A DNA stretch of 64,000 bases, from positions 448,137 through 512,136 of the forward strand of contig OZ246414.1 in the NCBI GenBank assembly GCA_965231125.1. The letters run 5' to 3'. Within the stretch, counting starts at the first letter, position 1; the number at the start of each line of letters is the position of its first letter. The stretch is from an uncultured Gammaproteobacteria bacterium. Lineage in GTDB: Bacteria > Patescibacteriota > Microgenomatia > Woykebacterales > RBG-16-39-9b. The translations under genes and the position numbers were made by a program. The notes under the pieces were generated by a model. That model ran no database searches, was not told where the DNA came from, and was given only the letters and a program-made list of their open reading frames with translations. Shown here one piece after another: positions 37,073 through 48,297 of this stretch.

Positions 37073-38182
37073 TTGATGCCAAATTTTTTGAATAGGATAG
37101 ATTGGATTCTTTTCTTGCCGGCGGTACTATCTTCTTTAATCGGTATTTTAATGATCTACAGCGCCTCCGTTGGCACCGATAAAGTAGATTATAGTTTTGT
37201 AAACAGGCAGGTTCTTTATTTAATTTTTGGAGTTGTAGTCTACGTTATTGTTACGAATATAAATTACCGACTTATCTCTAACCTATCCTTAGTATTTTAC
37301 GTTTTGACTATTTTATTACTAATTCTCACATTTTTCATTGGTCATGTGACGAGAGGATCAACAAGATGGATAGATATCGGATTTATTACTGTTCAACCAT
37401 CAGAAATAGCGAAACCAGTGATTATTTTGGTTCTTTCTTGGTTTTTTTCTAAATACCCGCCCACCTATCTAAAAAACATTTTAATTTCTTTGGTGCTAAC
37501 TGCAGTTCCTGCTTTCTTAGTATTTTTACAGCCGGATCTTGGCAATACTCTTATAATAATTGCTCTTTGGGCAGTTTTGGTTTTCTCCGCTGGTATAAGA
37601 TTCTTCGCCGCCGCTATCTTTATTGCGAGTGCTTTTTTGGCGGCTCCGCTGATCTGGCATTTTTTGAAAACCTACCAAAGAGACAGATTGATTAGTTTTT
37701 TGAGCCCGGAAGAGGATCCTTTGGGTACAGGTTACAATTTGGTTCAGTCGATCATAGCAGTTGGTAGTGGGGGCCTTTTTGGTAGAGGTTTTGGTAGAGG
37801 AACCCAGAGTCATTTAAATTTTTTACCAGAACAAAAAACAGATTTTATTTTTGCTACTACAGCGGAGGAACTAGGTTTTCTAGGAGTTAGTTTACTGGTG
37901 GGGTTACTCTTGGTCATAATTTACCGAGTTATAAAAACGGTGGTAGTATCGCAAGACCCCGTTGGATCGCTCATTTGCATCGGCGTATCCACAATGCTTG
38001 TTATTCATGTGTTTATAAACATTGGGATGAATATTGGGCTTTTTCCAGTTACTGGTATTACTCTACCGTTAGTTTCTTTCGGCGGCAGTTCCTTAATATC
38101 GATAATGGTTTGCTTAGGATTAGTAAATTCAGTTTCTATCGGCGAGAAAAAATCCGCCCGTGATACATTACGAACCAGTTGA
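37073..38182 (+). CDS. rodA: Rod shape-determining SEDS protein RodA
   Basis: GSTRWI, QPSEIAK, QPDLG, DPLGTGYN, GTQSHLNFLPEQKTDF. Confidence 0.93.
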   Translation: MMPNFLNRIDWILFLPAVLSSLIGILMIYSASVGTDKVDYSFVNRQVLYLIFGVVVYVIVTNINYRLISNLSLVFYVLTILLLILTFFIGHVTRGSTRWIDIGFITVQPSEIAKPVIILVLSWFFSKYPPTYLKNILISLVLTAVPAFLVFLQPDLGNTLIIIALWAVLVFSAGIRFFAAAIFIASAFLAAPLIWHFLKTYQRDRLISFLSPEEDPLGTGYNLVQSIIAVGSGGLFGRGFGRGTQSHLNFLPEQKTDFIFATTAEELGFLGVSLLVGLLLVIIYRVIKTVVVSQDPVGSLICIGVSTMLVIHVFINIGMNIGLFPVTGITLPLVSFGGSSLISIMVCLGLVNSVSIGEKKSARDTLRTS

Positions 38183-38213
38183 CATATTTTTCCAAAGCCT
38201 ATATTATTACCTT

Positions 38214-38525
38214 ATGAAGTACGCAGTTTTTTCCACATCTGGTAAGCAGTATTTAGTTTCAGAGGGACAGGAACTTTTGGTTGACAAAGTTGATAGCAAT
38301 GAAAAAGGGCCTGTAGAATTTGATAAGGTACTACTTACAGTTGATGATAAAAAAGTTAAAGTTGGTGAGCCTTTCCTGGGCTCTAAGATTAAAGCAGTTG
38401 TCACGGACCAAATAAAAAGCAAAAAAGTAAGAGTCTTTAAATACAAAGCTAAGACTGGTTATCACAAAACCCAAGGTCACAGACAACAGTTAACCAAAAT
38501 AAAAATAGAAAAAATAGAAGTCTAA
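38214..38525 (+). CDS. rplU: 50S ribosomal protein L21
   Basis: [25 protein letters not shown]; ATG 38214. Confidence 0.96.
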   Translation: MKYAVFSTSGKQYLVSEGQELLVDKVDSNEKGPVEFDKVLLTVDDKKVKVGEPFLGSKIKAVVTDQIKSKKVRVFKYKAKTGYHKTQGHRQQLTKIKIEKIEV

Positions 38526-38536
38526 AAAGAAAAATT

Positions 38537-38785
38537 ATGGCGCATAAAAAATCAGGTGGTTCAAAAGCAAGACAAGGATCCAAACCAGCCGGCAAAAGAC
38601 TTGGCTTTAAGGTTTATTCCGGTCAGAAAGTTAAGGCGGGCGGAATTATAATCCGTCAAAGAGGAACAAAATTCCAGGCTGGAGCCGGTGTGGGTTTGGG
38701 AAAAGATCATTCTATTTTCTCCAAGAGCCAAGGAGTAGTTAAAGTAAAAATAAGAGAAGGTAAAAAAATAATTGAGGTTATTTAA
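38537..38785 (+). CDS. rpmA: 50S ribosomal protein L27
   Basis: [30 protein letters not shown]. Confidence 0.97.
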   Translation: MAHKKSGGSKARQGSKPAGKRLGFKVYSGQKVKAGGIIIRQRGTKFQAGAGVGLGKDHSIFSKSQGVVKVKIREGKKIIEVI

Positions 38786-38793
38786 GATAGTTT

Positions 38794-39588
38794 ATGGAAG
38801 TAGAAATAGAATCAGTTGAAATAGATATTGACGCTCTTCAACCTAATCCATTGCAGCCTAGAGGGCAAATTCTTCCTGATAGTATCGTTGAACTCGCAGA
38901 ATCTATAAGAGAGCATGGTGTACTTGAACCAATTATAGTCGCAAAGACTCCAGCTGGTTATCAAATTATAGCCGGAGAAAGACGCTGGCGAGCGGCAAAA
39001 CTGGCGGCGGTAGCCAGAGTACCCGTGGTGATAAAAGAGACAACCACTCAAGGGATGCTTGAGATGGCTATTGTTGAAAACGTCCAAAGAGTAGATCTTA
39101 ACCCGATTGAGAGAGCCCAAGCCTACCGGCGGTTAATCGAAGAGTTTGGTTTGACAAGTACTGAAATAGGCCAACGGGTCGGAAAGAGTGGTCCCTATAT
39201 TTCAAATACACTTAGACTTTTGGATTTACCGGATGCTTTGAAAGACGGACTTCTCTCTGGTGCTATTGCCGAAGGGCACGCGAAAGCGATATTAGGTCTG
39301 GAAGATATTAACTTGATGATTTCTGCCTACAAGCAAGTTTTGGCCGAGAGTTTGGGAGTACGGGCTACTGAAGAGATGGTACGCCGGATGAAGGCTGGGG
39401 CGCAGATAAAACCTCGAAGCGGGAGAACTTACGAGCACACACCGGATGTGTCCAGGATAGAAGAAGAAATAGCCGGTTCAACAAATGTTAAAGTGAAACT
39501 TCTAAAATCTTCAAGAGGTGGCCGGCTTCTTTTGATTTTCAAGACGGACAAAGAGCTTGAAATGCTACACAAAAAATTAACTAGCTAG
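38794..39588 (+). CDS. parB: ParB/Spo0J partition protein
   Basis: PNPLQPR, IIAGERRWRA, ENVQRVDLNPIE, HTH; no adjacent parA. Confidence 0.93.
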   Translation: MEVEIESVEIDIDALQPNPLQPRGQILPDSIVELAESIREHGVLEPIIVAKTPAGYQIIAGERRWRAAKLAAVARVPVVIKETTTQGMLEMAIVENVQRVDLNPIERAQAYRRLIEEFGLTSTEIGQRVGKSGPYISNTLRLLDLPDALKDGLLSGAIAEGHAKAILGLEDINLMISAYKQVLAESLGVRATEEMVRRMKAGAQIKPRSGRTYEHTPDVSRIEEEIAGSTNVKVKLLKSSRGGRLLLIFKTDKELEMLHKKLTS

Positions 39589-40157
39589 TAATTTATTCCC
39601 TTAATGAAAGTAAGTTTGTTTGGTGGCCAGTAACGTATCCAGGCTTTTCCAATAATGTTTTTTCTGGGCACTTCTCCCCACGATCTTGAATCGAAGCTTT
39701 GCGACCTGTTATCACCCAGGACAAAATAGTTGGCCGCATCTACTTTGAACACTTTTCCATTTTCCAAAAGAGTTCCGGGGTCCGTAGGACCATCTGTTCT
39801 ATAAGGTTCATTTAGGGAAAATCCTTGTGGATGCGCGTCGTTCTTAATTATTATTTTACTCCCCTTTATTTGAATTGTTTCTCCAGGGAGTCCGATGACT
39901 CTTTTTATATAATCAAAGTTGGGGTCTACCGGAGCCTTGAAAATAACTATATCGCCTCGTTTTGGGTTACTAAATCGATAGCTTATCTTGTTGGTCAAAA
40001 TGTATTGACCATCACTTAAATTGGGTTCCATCGAGGAGCCTCGAACTTGATGGGGTTGAACAAGAAGTAAATAGACAACTACAAAAATTGCGGCCGCAAC
40101 AACAATCGTTTCAATTATGTCAACAAAATATCCCCATATGGGGTGCTGTTCTTCCAT
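39585..40157 (-). CDS. lepB: Signal peptidase I
   Basis: GSSMEPNL, RGDIV, YIKRVIGLPG, GDNRSQSFDSR. Confidence 0.95.
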   Translation of the reverse strand: MEEQHPIWGYFVDIIETIVVAAAIFVVVYLLLVQPHQVRGSSMEPNLSDGQYILTNKISYRFSNPKRGDIVIFKAPVDPNFDYIKRVIGLPGETIQIKGSKIIIKNDAHPQGFSLNEPYRTDGPTDPGTLLENGKVFKVDAANYFVLGDNRSQSFDSRSWGEVPRKNIIGKAWIRYWPPNKLTFIKGINY

Positions 40158-40232
40158 AAATTGTGGTTATTTAAAGTATAAGGCCCGCGGCTTTGCTTTT
40201 CAATAAGGAAATTTGCTAAAATGTGGTTCGTA

Positions 40233-40253
40233 GGTCACTTAGCTCAGCTGGTA
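40233..40253 (+). pseudogene. 5' tRNA fragment (acceptor 5' strand plus D-arm start)
   Basis: GGTCACTTAGCTCAGCTGGTA, ending 8 nt before tRNA-Val. Confidence 0.6.
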
Positions 40254-40261
40254 AAGGACCT

Positions 40262-40338
40262 GGTCGTGTAGCTCAGTTGGTTAGAGCGTACGGTTCACAT
40301 CCGTAAGGTCCCTGGTTCGAACCCAGGCACGACCACCA
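40262..40338 (+). tRNA. tRNA-Val(CAC)
   Basis: GGTCGTG/CACGACC acceptor, TACGG-TT CAC AT-CCGTA anticodon arm, GGTTCGAA, encoded CCA. Confidence 0.96.
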
Positions 40339-40383
40339 AATTGCTTCTTGCCAAACTTCTCTCTTCCTGTTATATAATCAATA

Positions 40384-43100
<2,717 letters not shown>

Positions 43101-43115
43101 TATTAAAACGTTTAA

Positions 43116-44711
43116 ATGAAAAATTCAAAGTTTAAGAACGCTTTGGTTAGTGTCTATAAGAAAACCCCTCAAGTAATCAAATTTGCCAAAAATTTAACTC
43201 GTTTGGGGTTTAACATTTATGCAAGTTCCGGTACTGCCGAATTCCTTTTTCAAAACAAAATCGAGGTAATTGATGTTGAAAAGCTAACTGGGTTTCCCGC
43301 GATATTGGACCATCGGGTTGTTACACTGCATCCAAAAATTCACGCTGGTATTTTAGCGAAGGAAACAAACGAGAATTTGACGCAGTTGAAAAAACTCAAA
43401 ATACCAAAGTTTGATTTGGTTGTAGTGGATCTGTATCCAGTTTGGAACGGCATTAAATCTAGTGACGTGGAGAAAGCGTTAGACCTTGTTGACATCGGTG
43501 GTCCAACGCTGCTTAGAGGGGCGGCTAAGAATTTTAACAACGGCAGGATTGTTATATGTGATATTAAAGATGCAAACCTTGTTACAAGGCAGTTGAAAAG
43601 GGAGGGCGAGGTTGGTTTTGAAACAAGAAAAAAATTAGCGGCGAAAGTGTTTAAACTGATGGAAAAATATGACGGTGCGATTGCAGAATTTCTCGAAAAC
43701 AAAGCCAAAGTTGAGACTTTAAATTTAAAATTCTCTCAAGAAACAAAGTTAAGATACGGTGAAAATCCTCACCAGAAAGCAAGCTTTTACCAAAATGAAA
43801 ATTCAAAAGACTCTCTTGCAATTCAAAAATTCAAGAAAATCCAAGGCAAAGAGCTTTCCTTTAACAATTTTTTGGACATAGACGTTGCAATATTTGCGCT
43901 AGCCTATCTGGGTGCTCGTAAGCCAGCGTGCGTCATTATTAAGCACACTAACCCGGCCGGATTTTCAATTAAAGAGACCATAAGTAAGGCTTATGAATCT
44001 GCTTGGTACGATGGCGATCCCCAAGCTGCCTTTGGTGGAATTATAGGAGTCAATCGAAAGGTTGATAAAAATCTGGCTAAGAAAATTTTGTTGGGGAGGA
44101 AAGGAGAAAAAAAGTTTCTTGAGATATTAGTTGCTCCATCGGTAGATAGAGATGCTTTAGAAATTCTATCAGAAAGAAAAGATTTGAGGGTGTTGATTAA
44201 CCCCTCTCTAAAAAACCCAAGTTTGTCCAAGGAAAAAGATTTTAAAAAAGTTCGCGGTGGTATCTTGTATCAAGACCCGGATTCTTTGGATATAACCCAA
44301 AGGGATCTAAGGATTGTTACCAAGACAAAACCGACAAAAGTTCAAATTGAAGATCTACTTTTGGCATGGAAGGCGGTTAAGATCTGTAAGTCAAATGCAA
44401 TTTGTATTGTAAAGGGAGGTGTTCTCATTTCTTCTGGAGTCGGCCAGCAAGATAGAAAGGAAAGTTGCAGAATTGCTTTAGCCAAGGCAACTGATATAAA
44501 TAGAGGTAAGTCAAAATCTACTCCGGTCGGTGCTGTTGCTGCATCGGATGCTTTTTTCCCTTTTTCCGATGGGCCAGAAATTTTGATAAAGGCGGGAATA
44601 GAGGCGATTATTCAGCCAGGCGGCTCAATTCGTGACCAGGAAACAATTGATCTCTGCAATCACCACAAGGTCCCGATGGTTTTTACGCAAGTACGATCCT
44701 TCAAACACTAA
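43116..44711 (+). CDS. purH: Bifunctional AICAR formyltransferase/IMP cyclohydrolase
   Basis: ALVSV, RVVTLHP, DIGGPTL, RYGENPHQ, KHTNP, ASDAFFPF, QPGGS, RSFKH. Confidence 0.96.
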   Translation: MKNSKFKNALVSVYKKTPQVIKFAKNLTRLGFNIYASSGTAEFLFQNKIEVIDVEKLTGFPAILDHRVVTLHPKIHAGILAKETNENLTQLKKLKIPKFDLVVVDLYPVWNGIKSSDVEKALDLVDIGGPTLLRGAAKNFNNGRIVICDIKDANLVTRQLKREGEVGFETRKKLAAKVFKLMEKYDGAIAEFLENKAKVETLNLKFSQETKLRYGENPHQKASFYQNENSKDSLAIQKFKKIQGKELSFNNFLDIDVAIFALAYLGARKPACVIIKHTNPAGFSIKETISKAYESAWYDGDPQAAFGGIIGVNRKVDKNLAKKILLGRKGEKKFLEILVAPSVDRDALEILSERKDLRVLINPSLKNPSLSKEKDFKKVRGGILYQDPDSLDITQRDLRIVTKTKPTKVQIEDLLLAWKAVKICKSNAICIVKGGVLISSGVGQQDRKESCRIALAKATDINRGKSKSTPVGAVAASDAFFPFSDGPEILIKAGIEAIIQPGGSIRDQETIDLCNHHKVPMVFTQVRSFKH

Positions 44712-44765
44712 GTGTTATCTTTTCAGTAAAAAAGTTTTGTGTTATTGTAATTAATACATTGCCGA

Positions 44766-45467
44766 ATGTTGGCAGTACCCACATTTGAATTTGTGAAAAA
44801 TATTGCCGTTCTTATATCGGACAAAGGAACAGGGACAAATCTTCAATCAATAATTGATGCTACTAAGGGAGGTGAAATAGACGGAAAGGTGGTTGTTGTC
44901 GTCAGCAACACTTCCAAAGCATTTGGTTTACAAAGAGCGCAGAAGCACAGCATTCCTACTGAAGTATTTGGTTGGAAAAAATATCAAGAATCAGGTAGAA
45001 GTCGGGAGGAATATTCAAAAGATCTAACTAAACTTTTGCAAAAATACAAACTAGATCTTGTTGTTCTCGCCGGTTGGATTTTAATTTTAAAAAAAGAGTT
45101 TTTTGAACAGTTTCCTTATGTTTTAAACATCCATCCCGGTTTAATTCCGGATACGCCCGGAAAAAAAGTCTATTTCCCGGATGGCAAAGAAGCACCGACC
45201 AACGAGCAGATGCACACGGAAAACGCAATAGGAGCTTTTTTAAATGGCGGTTACAAATATGCAGGGTCTACTGTCCATTTCGCAACGCCGACGGCGGATT
45301 GGGGGCCAGTGGTTTTTAGAGATTTTGAGGAAATAAAAAAAGACGATACGGTGGATTCTCTTTACACCCGGCTAAAGAAAAAAGAACACAAAATGTTAGT
45401 AACTGCCGTAAAACTTTTTTGCGAGGGAAAATTAACTGGAGAAAAGATTGGGAAAATAATACAATGA
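44766..45467 (+). CDS. purN: Phosphoribosylglycinamide formyltransferase
   Basis: IAVLIS..GTNLQ, LAGW, NIHP, GSTVH; start may be GTG 44793. Confidence 0.92.
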   Translation: MLAVPTFEFVKNIAVLISDKGTGTNLQSIIDATKGGEIDGKVVVVVSNTSKAFGLQRAQKHSIPTEVFGWKKYQESGRSREEYSKDLTKLLQKYKLDLVVLAGWILILKKEFFEQFPYVLNIHPGLIPDTPGKKVYFPDGKEAPTNEQMHTENAIGAFLNGGYKYAGSTVHFATPTADWGPVVFRDFEEIKKDDTVDSLYTRLKKKEHKMLVTAVKLFCEGKLTGEKIGKIIQ

Positions 45468-46768
45468 ATGTGTTGGTCTTGGGGGGTGGTGGTCGCGAGC
45501 ATTGTCTTGTTTCTGCATACAGCAAAAGTTCTCAGGTAAAAAAATTATATGTGGTTCCAGGAAATGGACTAATGAATTTTTTAGAAGAGAAGCCTATCAA
45601 AATTTATCCTTATTTTAAACCAACTGATAAAAAATCAATTTGGGAAGTAGTTTCAAAAGAAAAGATTGATTTAGTTGATGTGGCTCAAGACGATCCTCTT
45701 GCGGAAGGTACGGTTGATTATTTAGAAAGTAAGGCTGTTGCAACATTTGGACCCAGTCAAAAGGCAGCGCAGTTGGAGTGGAGTAAAGACTGGTCTAGAA
45801 ATTTTATGAAAAGGCACTCGCTTCCAATTCCTAGCTTTGCTACTTTTAACATCGTTAACCAAGCGAAAGATTACATAAAAAAACTCCCCTCGGGGAGTTT
45901 TTTCGTTAAGGCCTCCGGACTTGCTGCTGGTAAAGGGGCGATTAGAGCAGATAATAAAAATGAGGCTTACAAGGCAGTTGAAAGGATGAAAGAATTTGGC
46001 GGGTCCGGTAAAACTTTTTTAATTGAAGAATGCTTGGAGGGTGAAGAAGTATCCGTTTATGCTATTTGCGACGGGAGAAATTTTAAACTGCTAAAGGTAG
46101 CTCAGGACAATAAGCAAGTTTACAATTTCGATGAAGGGCCGAACACTGGCGGAATGGGTGCTAACGCTCCAGCTTTGGTGGCAAATAAGAGTGTTATAAA
46201 TAAAGTAGAAACGATGGTTAAGAAGACCCTGCTTGGGATGGAAAAAGAAGGCAGAATTTACAAAGGAGTGCTTTACCTTGGATTAATTATTACAAAGGAC
46301 GGGGAACCCAAAATTATCGAATTCAACGCTCGTTGGGGCGATCCAGAAACTCAAGTGGTACTGCCCGGTGTAAAAAATGATTATGTAGATTTAGTTACGG
46401 CTTGTATTGATGGGAAACTGGATAAAATAAATATTTCCCAGGACAATAAAACCCGCGTTTGTGTAGTTGGGGCCTGCCGTGGTTATCCAAACGATTATTC
46501 TGCGGTGCAAGGGAAGGAAATTTTTGGTATTAAAGAGGTAATGAACGCTCAAGGAGTCAGCGTTTACGGTGCTGGTGTTAGCCGCAAAGGGGAGCGGTTT
46601 TTTGTTAACGGGGGAAGGGTGTTAAATGTTGTTGGTGAGGGAAAAGATATTATCGAAGCACGCGCAAAAGCCTACAGTTCAATTTCACTTATAAGAATTG
46701 AAGGTAATAATATGCATTATCGAACAGATATCGGTTGGCGTGATGTAGAAAGGAATGCCTATGCTTGA
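45464..46768 (+). CDS. purD: Phosphoribosylamine--glycine ligase
   Basis: GGGGREH, KASGLAAGKG, GPNTGGMG, EFNARWGDPE, YRTDIG. Confidence 0.96.
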   Translation: MNVLVLGGGGREHCLVSAYSKSSQVKKLYVVPGNGLMNFLEEKPIKIYPYFKPTDKKSIWEVVSKEKIDLVDVAQDDPLAEGTVDYLESKAVATFGPSQKAAQLEWSKDWSRNFMKRHSLPIPSFATFNIVNQAKDYIKKLPSGSFFVKASGLAAGKGAIRADNKNEAYKAVERMKEFGGSGKTFLIEECLEGEEVSVYAICDGRNFKLLKVAQDNKQVYNFDEGPNTGGMGANAPALVANKSVINKVETMVKKTLLGMEKEGRIYKGVLYLGLIITKDGEPKIIEFNARWGDPETQVVLPGVKNDYVDLVTACIDGKLDKINISQDNKTRVCVVGACRGYPNDYSAVQGKEIFGIKEVMNAQGVSVYGAGVSRKGERFFVNGGRVLNVVGEGKDIIEARAKAYSSISLIRIEGNNMHYRTDIGWRDVERNAYA

Positions 46769-48185
46769 GGATGGAAAACCGAAGGAGGAGTGCGGGGTAT
46801 TTGGTATTTACGCTCCGGGTGAAGATGTTGCAAAGCTTACTTTCTTTGGTCTTTTTACTTTGCAGCATCGTGGTCAAGAAAGTGCCGGTATTGGTGTCCT
46901 GGATGGAAAAAGATACTCACTTTACAAAAAAATGGGCCTAGTGAACCAGGTTTTTAATGAGGAGAAAATTTCCCGGTTAAAAGGGCACATAGCGGTAGGG
47001 CATAATCGCTACTCCACTACTGGAACTAGTAATATAAAAAATGCTGGGCCTTTTGTTTCACATCGAAAAAAAGAAACTTTTATCGTGGCTCACAACGGTA
47101 ATATTGTGAACGCGAACCAGCTGCAGAAAGTTTTAGAAGAAAAAGGGGTCAAGTTCAAATCCACTTGCGATAGTGAGGTTATTTCTGCTCTTATCGCGGA
47201 TGCGAAGCATAAAAATCCTGTCAAAAGAATATTTTCAACCATGTACAAAATGAATGGTGCTTACAGTTTAGTCGTCGGTACTAAAAACGAACTTATCGGT
47301 GTTAGGGATCCGCTCGGTTTTCGACCTCTTTGTTTAGGAAAACTAAACGGTTGGTATGTATTAGCTTCAGAATCTTGCGCCTTTCCGGAAATAGGAGCAA
47401 AACTTATTCGAGATATTGAGCCAGGGGAGGTGGTTGTTATTAATGATAAAGGTTTGAAATCGTACAAATTCAGTTCCAAAAAGAGAGCAAGTTTTTGTAT
47501 TTTCGAGTATGTGTACTTAGCTCGTCCTGATTCAACTCTAAACGCCCGATCCGTCTATTTAACAAGGGAGAGGTTAGGAAAGTTGCTAGCGCAAGAACAC
47601 CCGGCTAAAGCGGACATTGTTATACCCGTTCCGGATTCTGGTGTACCGGCCGCAATTGGCTACTCGCAAGAGTCAGGAATTCCTTACCGCGAAGGGCTAA
47701 TAAAAAATCGTTACATCGCCAGAACCTTTATATTTCCGGACCAAAGAATGAGAGATTTGGGGGTAAAGATGAAACTGTCTCCACTTGGTGAGGTTGTTTC
47801 CGGGAAGAGAGTAGTTTTGATCGATGATTCAATCGTTCGTGGAACTACATCACTGAAAATAGTAAGGTTATTAAAAGAAGCTGGTGCTAGACAGGTGCAT
47901 GTCAGGATTACATCCCCGCCCATGAAGAATCCTTGCTACTATGGGGTAGATATGCCCAAAAAAGAGGACTTTATCGCTGATGGTAATGATATTGAAGATA
48001 TTAGGAAGGAAATAGAGGCGGATTCGTTAGGGTATCTATCTGTTAAAAACATGGTTAAGGCGACGGGGCTGCCGGAAAACTTTTTCTGTACCGCTTGCTT
48101 TACTGGACGCTACCCTTTAAAGGGAAATTATCTTGGCGAACTATCCAAAGAAGTATTAGAAAAAGCTACTGTTAAAACTAGTTAG
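46755..48185 (+). CDS. purF: Amidophosphoribosyltransferase
   Basis: EECGVFG (N-terminal Cys after propeptide), QHRGQE, HNRYST, DDSIVRG, CTACF. Confidence 0.97.
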   Translation: MPMLEDGKPKEECGVFGIYAPGEDVAKLTFFGLFTLQHRGQESAGIGVLDGKRYSLYKKMGLVNQVFNEEKISRLKGHIAVGHNRYSTTGTSNIKNAGPFVSHRKKETFIVAHNGNIVNANQLQKVLEEKGVKFKSTCDSEVISALIADAKHKNPVKRIFSTMYKMNGAYSLVVGTKNELIGVRDPLGFRPLCLGKLNGWYVLASESCAFPEIGAKLIRDIEPGEVVVINDKGLKSYKFSSKKRASFCIFEYVYLARPDSTLNARSVYLTRERLGKLLAQEHPAKADIVIPVPDSGVPAAIGYSQESGIPYREGLIKNRYIARTFIFPDQRMRDLGVKMKLSPLGEVVSGKRVVLIDDSIVRGTTSLKIVRLLKEAGARQVHVRITSPPMKNPCYYGVDMPKKEDFIADGNDIEDIRKEIEADSLGYLSVKNMVKATGLPENFFCTACFTGRYPLKGNYLGELSKEVLEKATVKTS

Positions 48186-48271
48186 TAGGGTTTTTGCTTA
48201 GAAATACTTTGGGTAAGATGCAGACAAATCAGTTGAATGCGACTCGAAGTTGTCCTACAATATTGTTATTT

Positions 48272-48297
48272 AAACTGCTCCAGGGAGCGGTTTTTTT
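48272..48297 (+). terminator. Intrinsic terminator abutting the purL start codon (candidate attenuator)
   Basis: AAACTGCTC-CAGG-GAGCGG-TTTTTTT directly followed by ATG. Confidence 0.7.
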
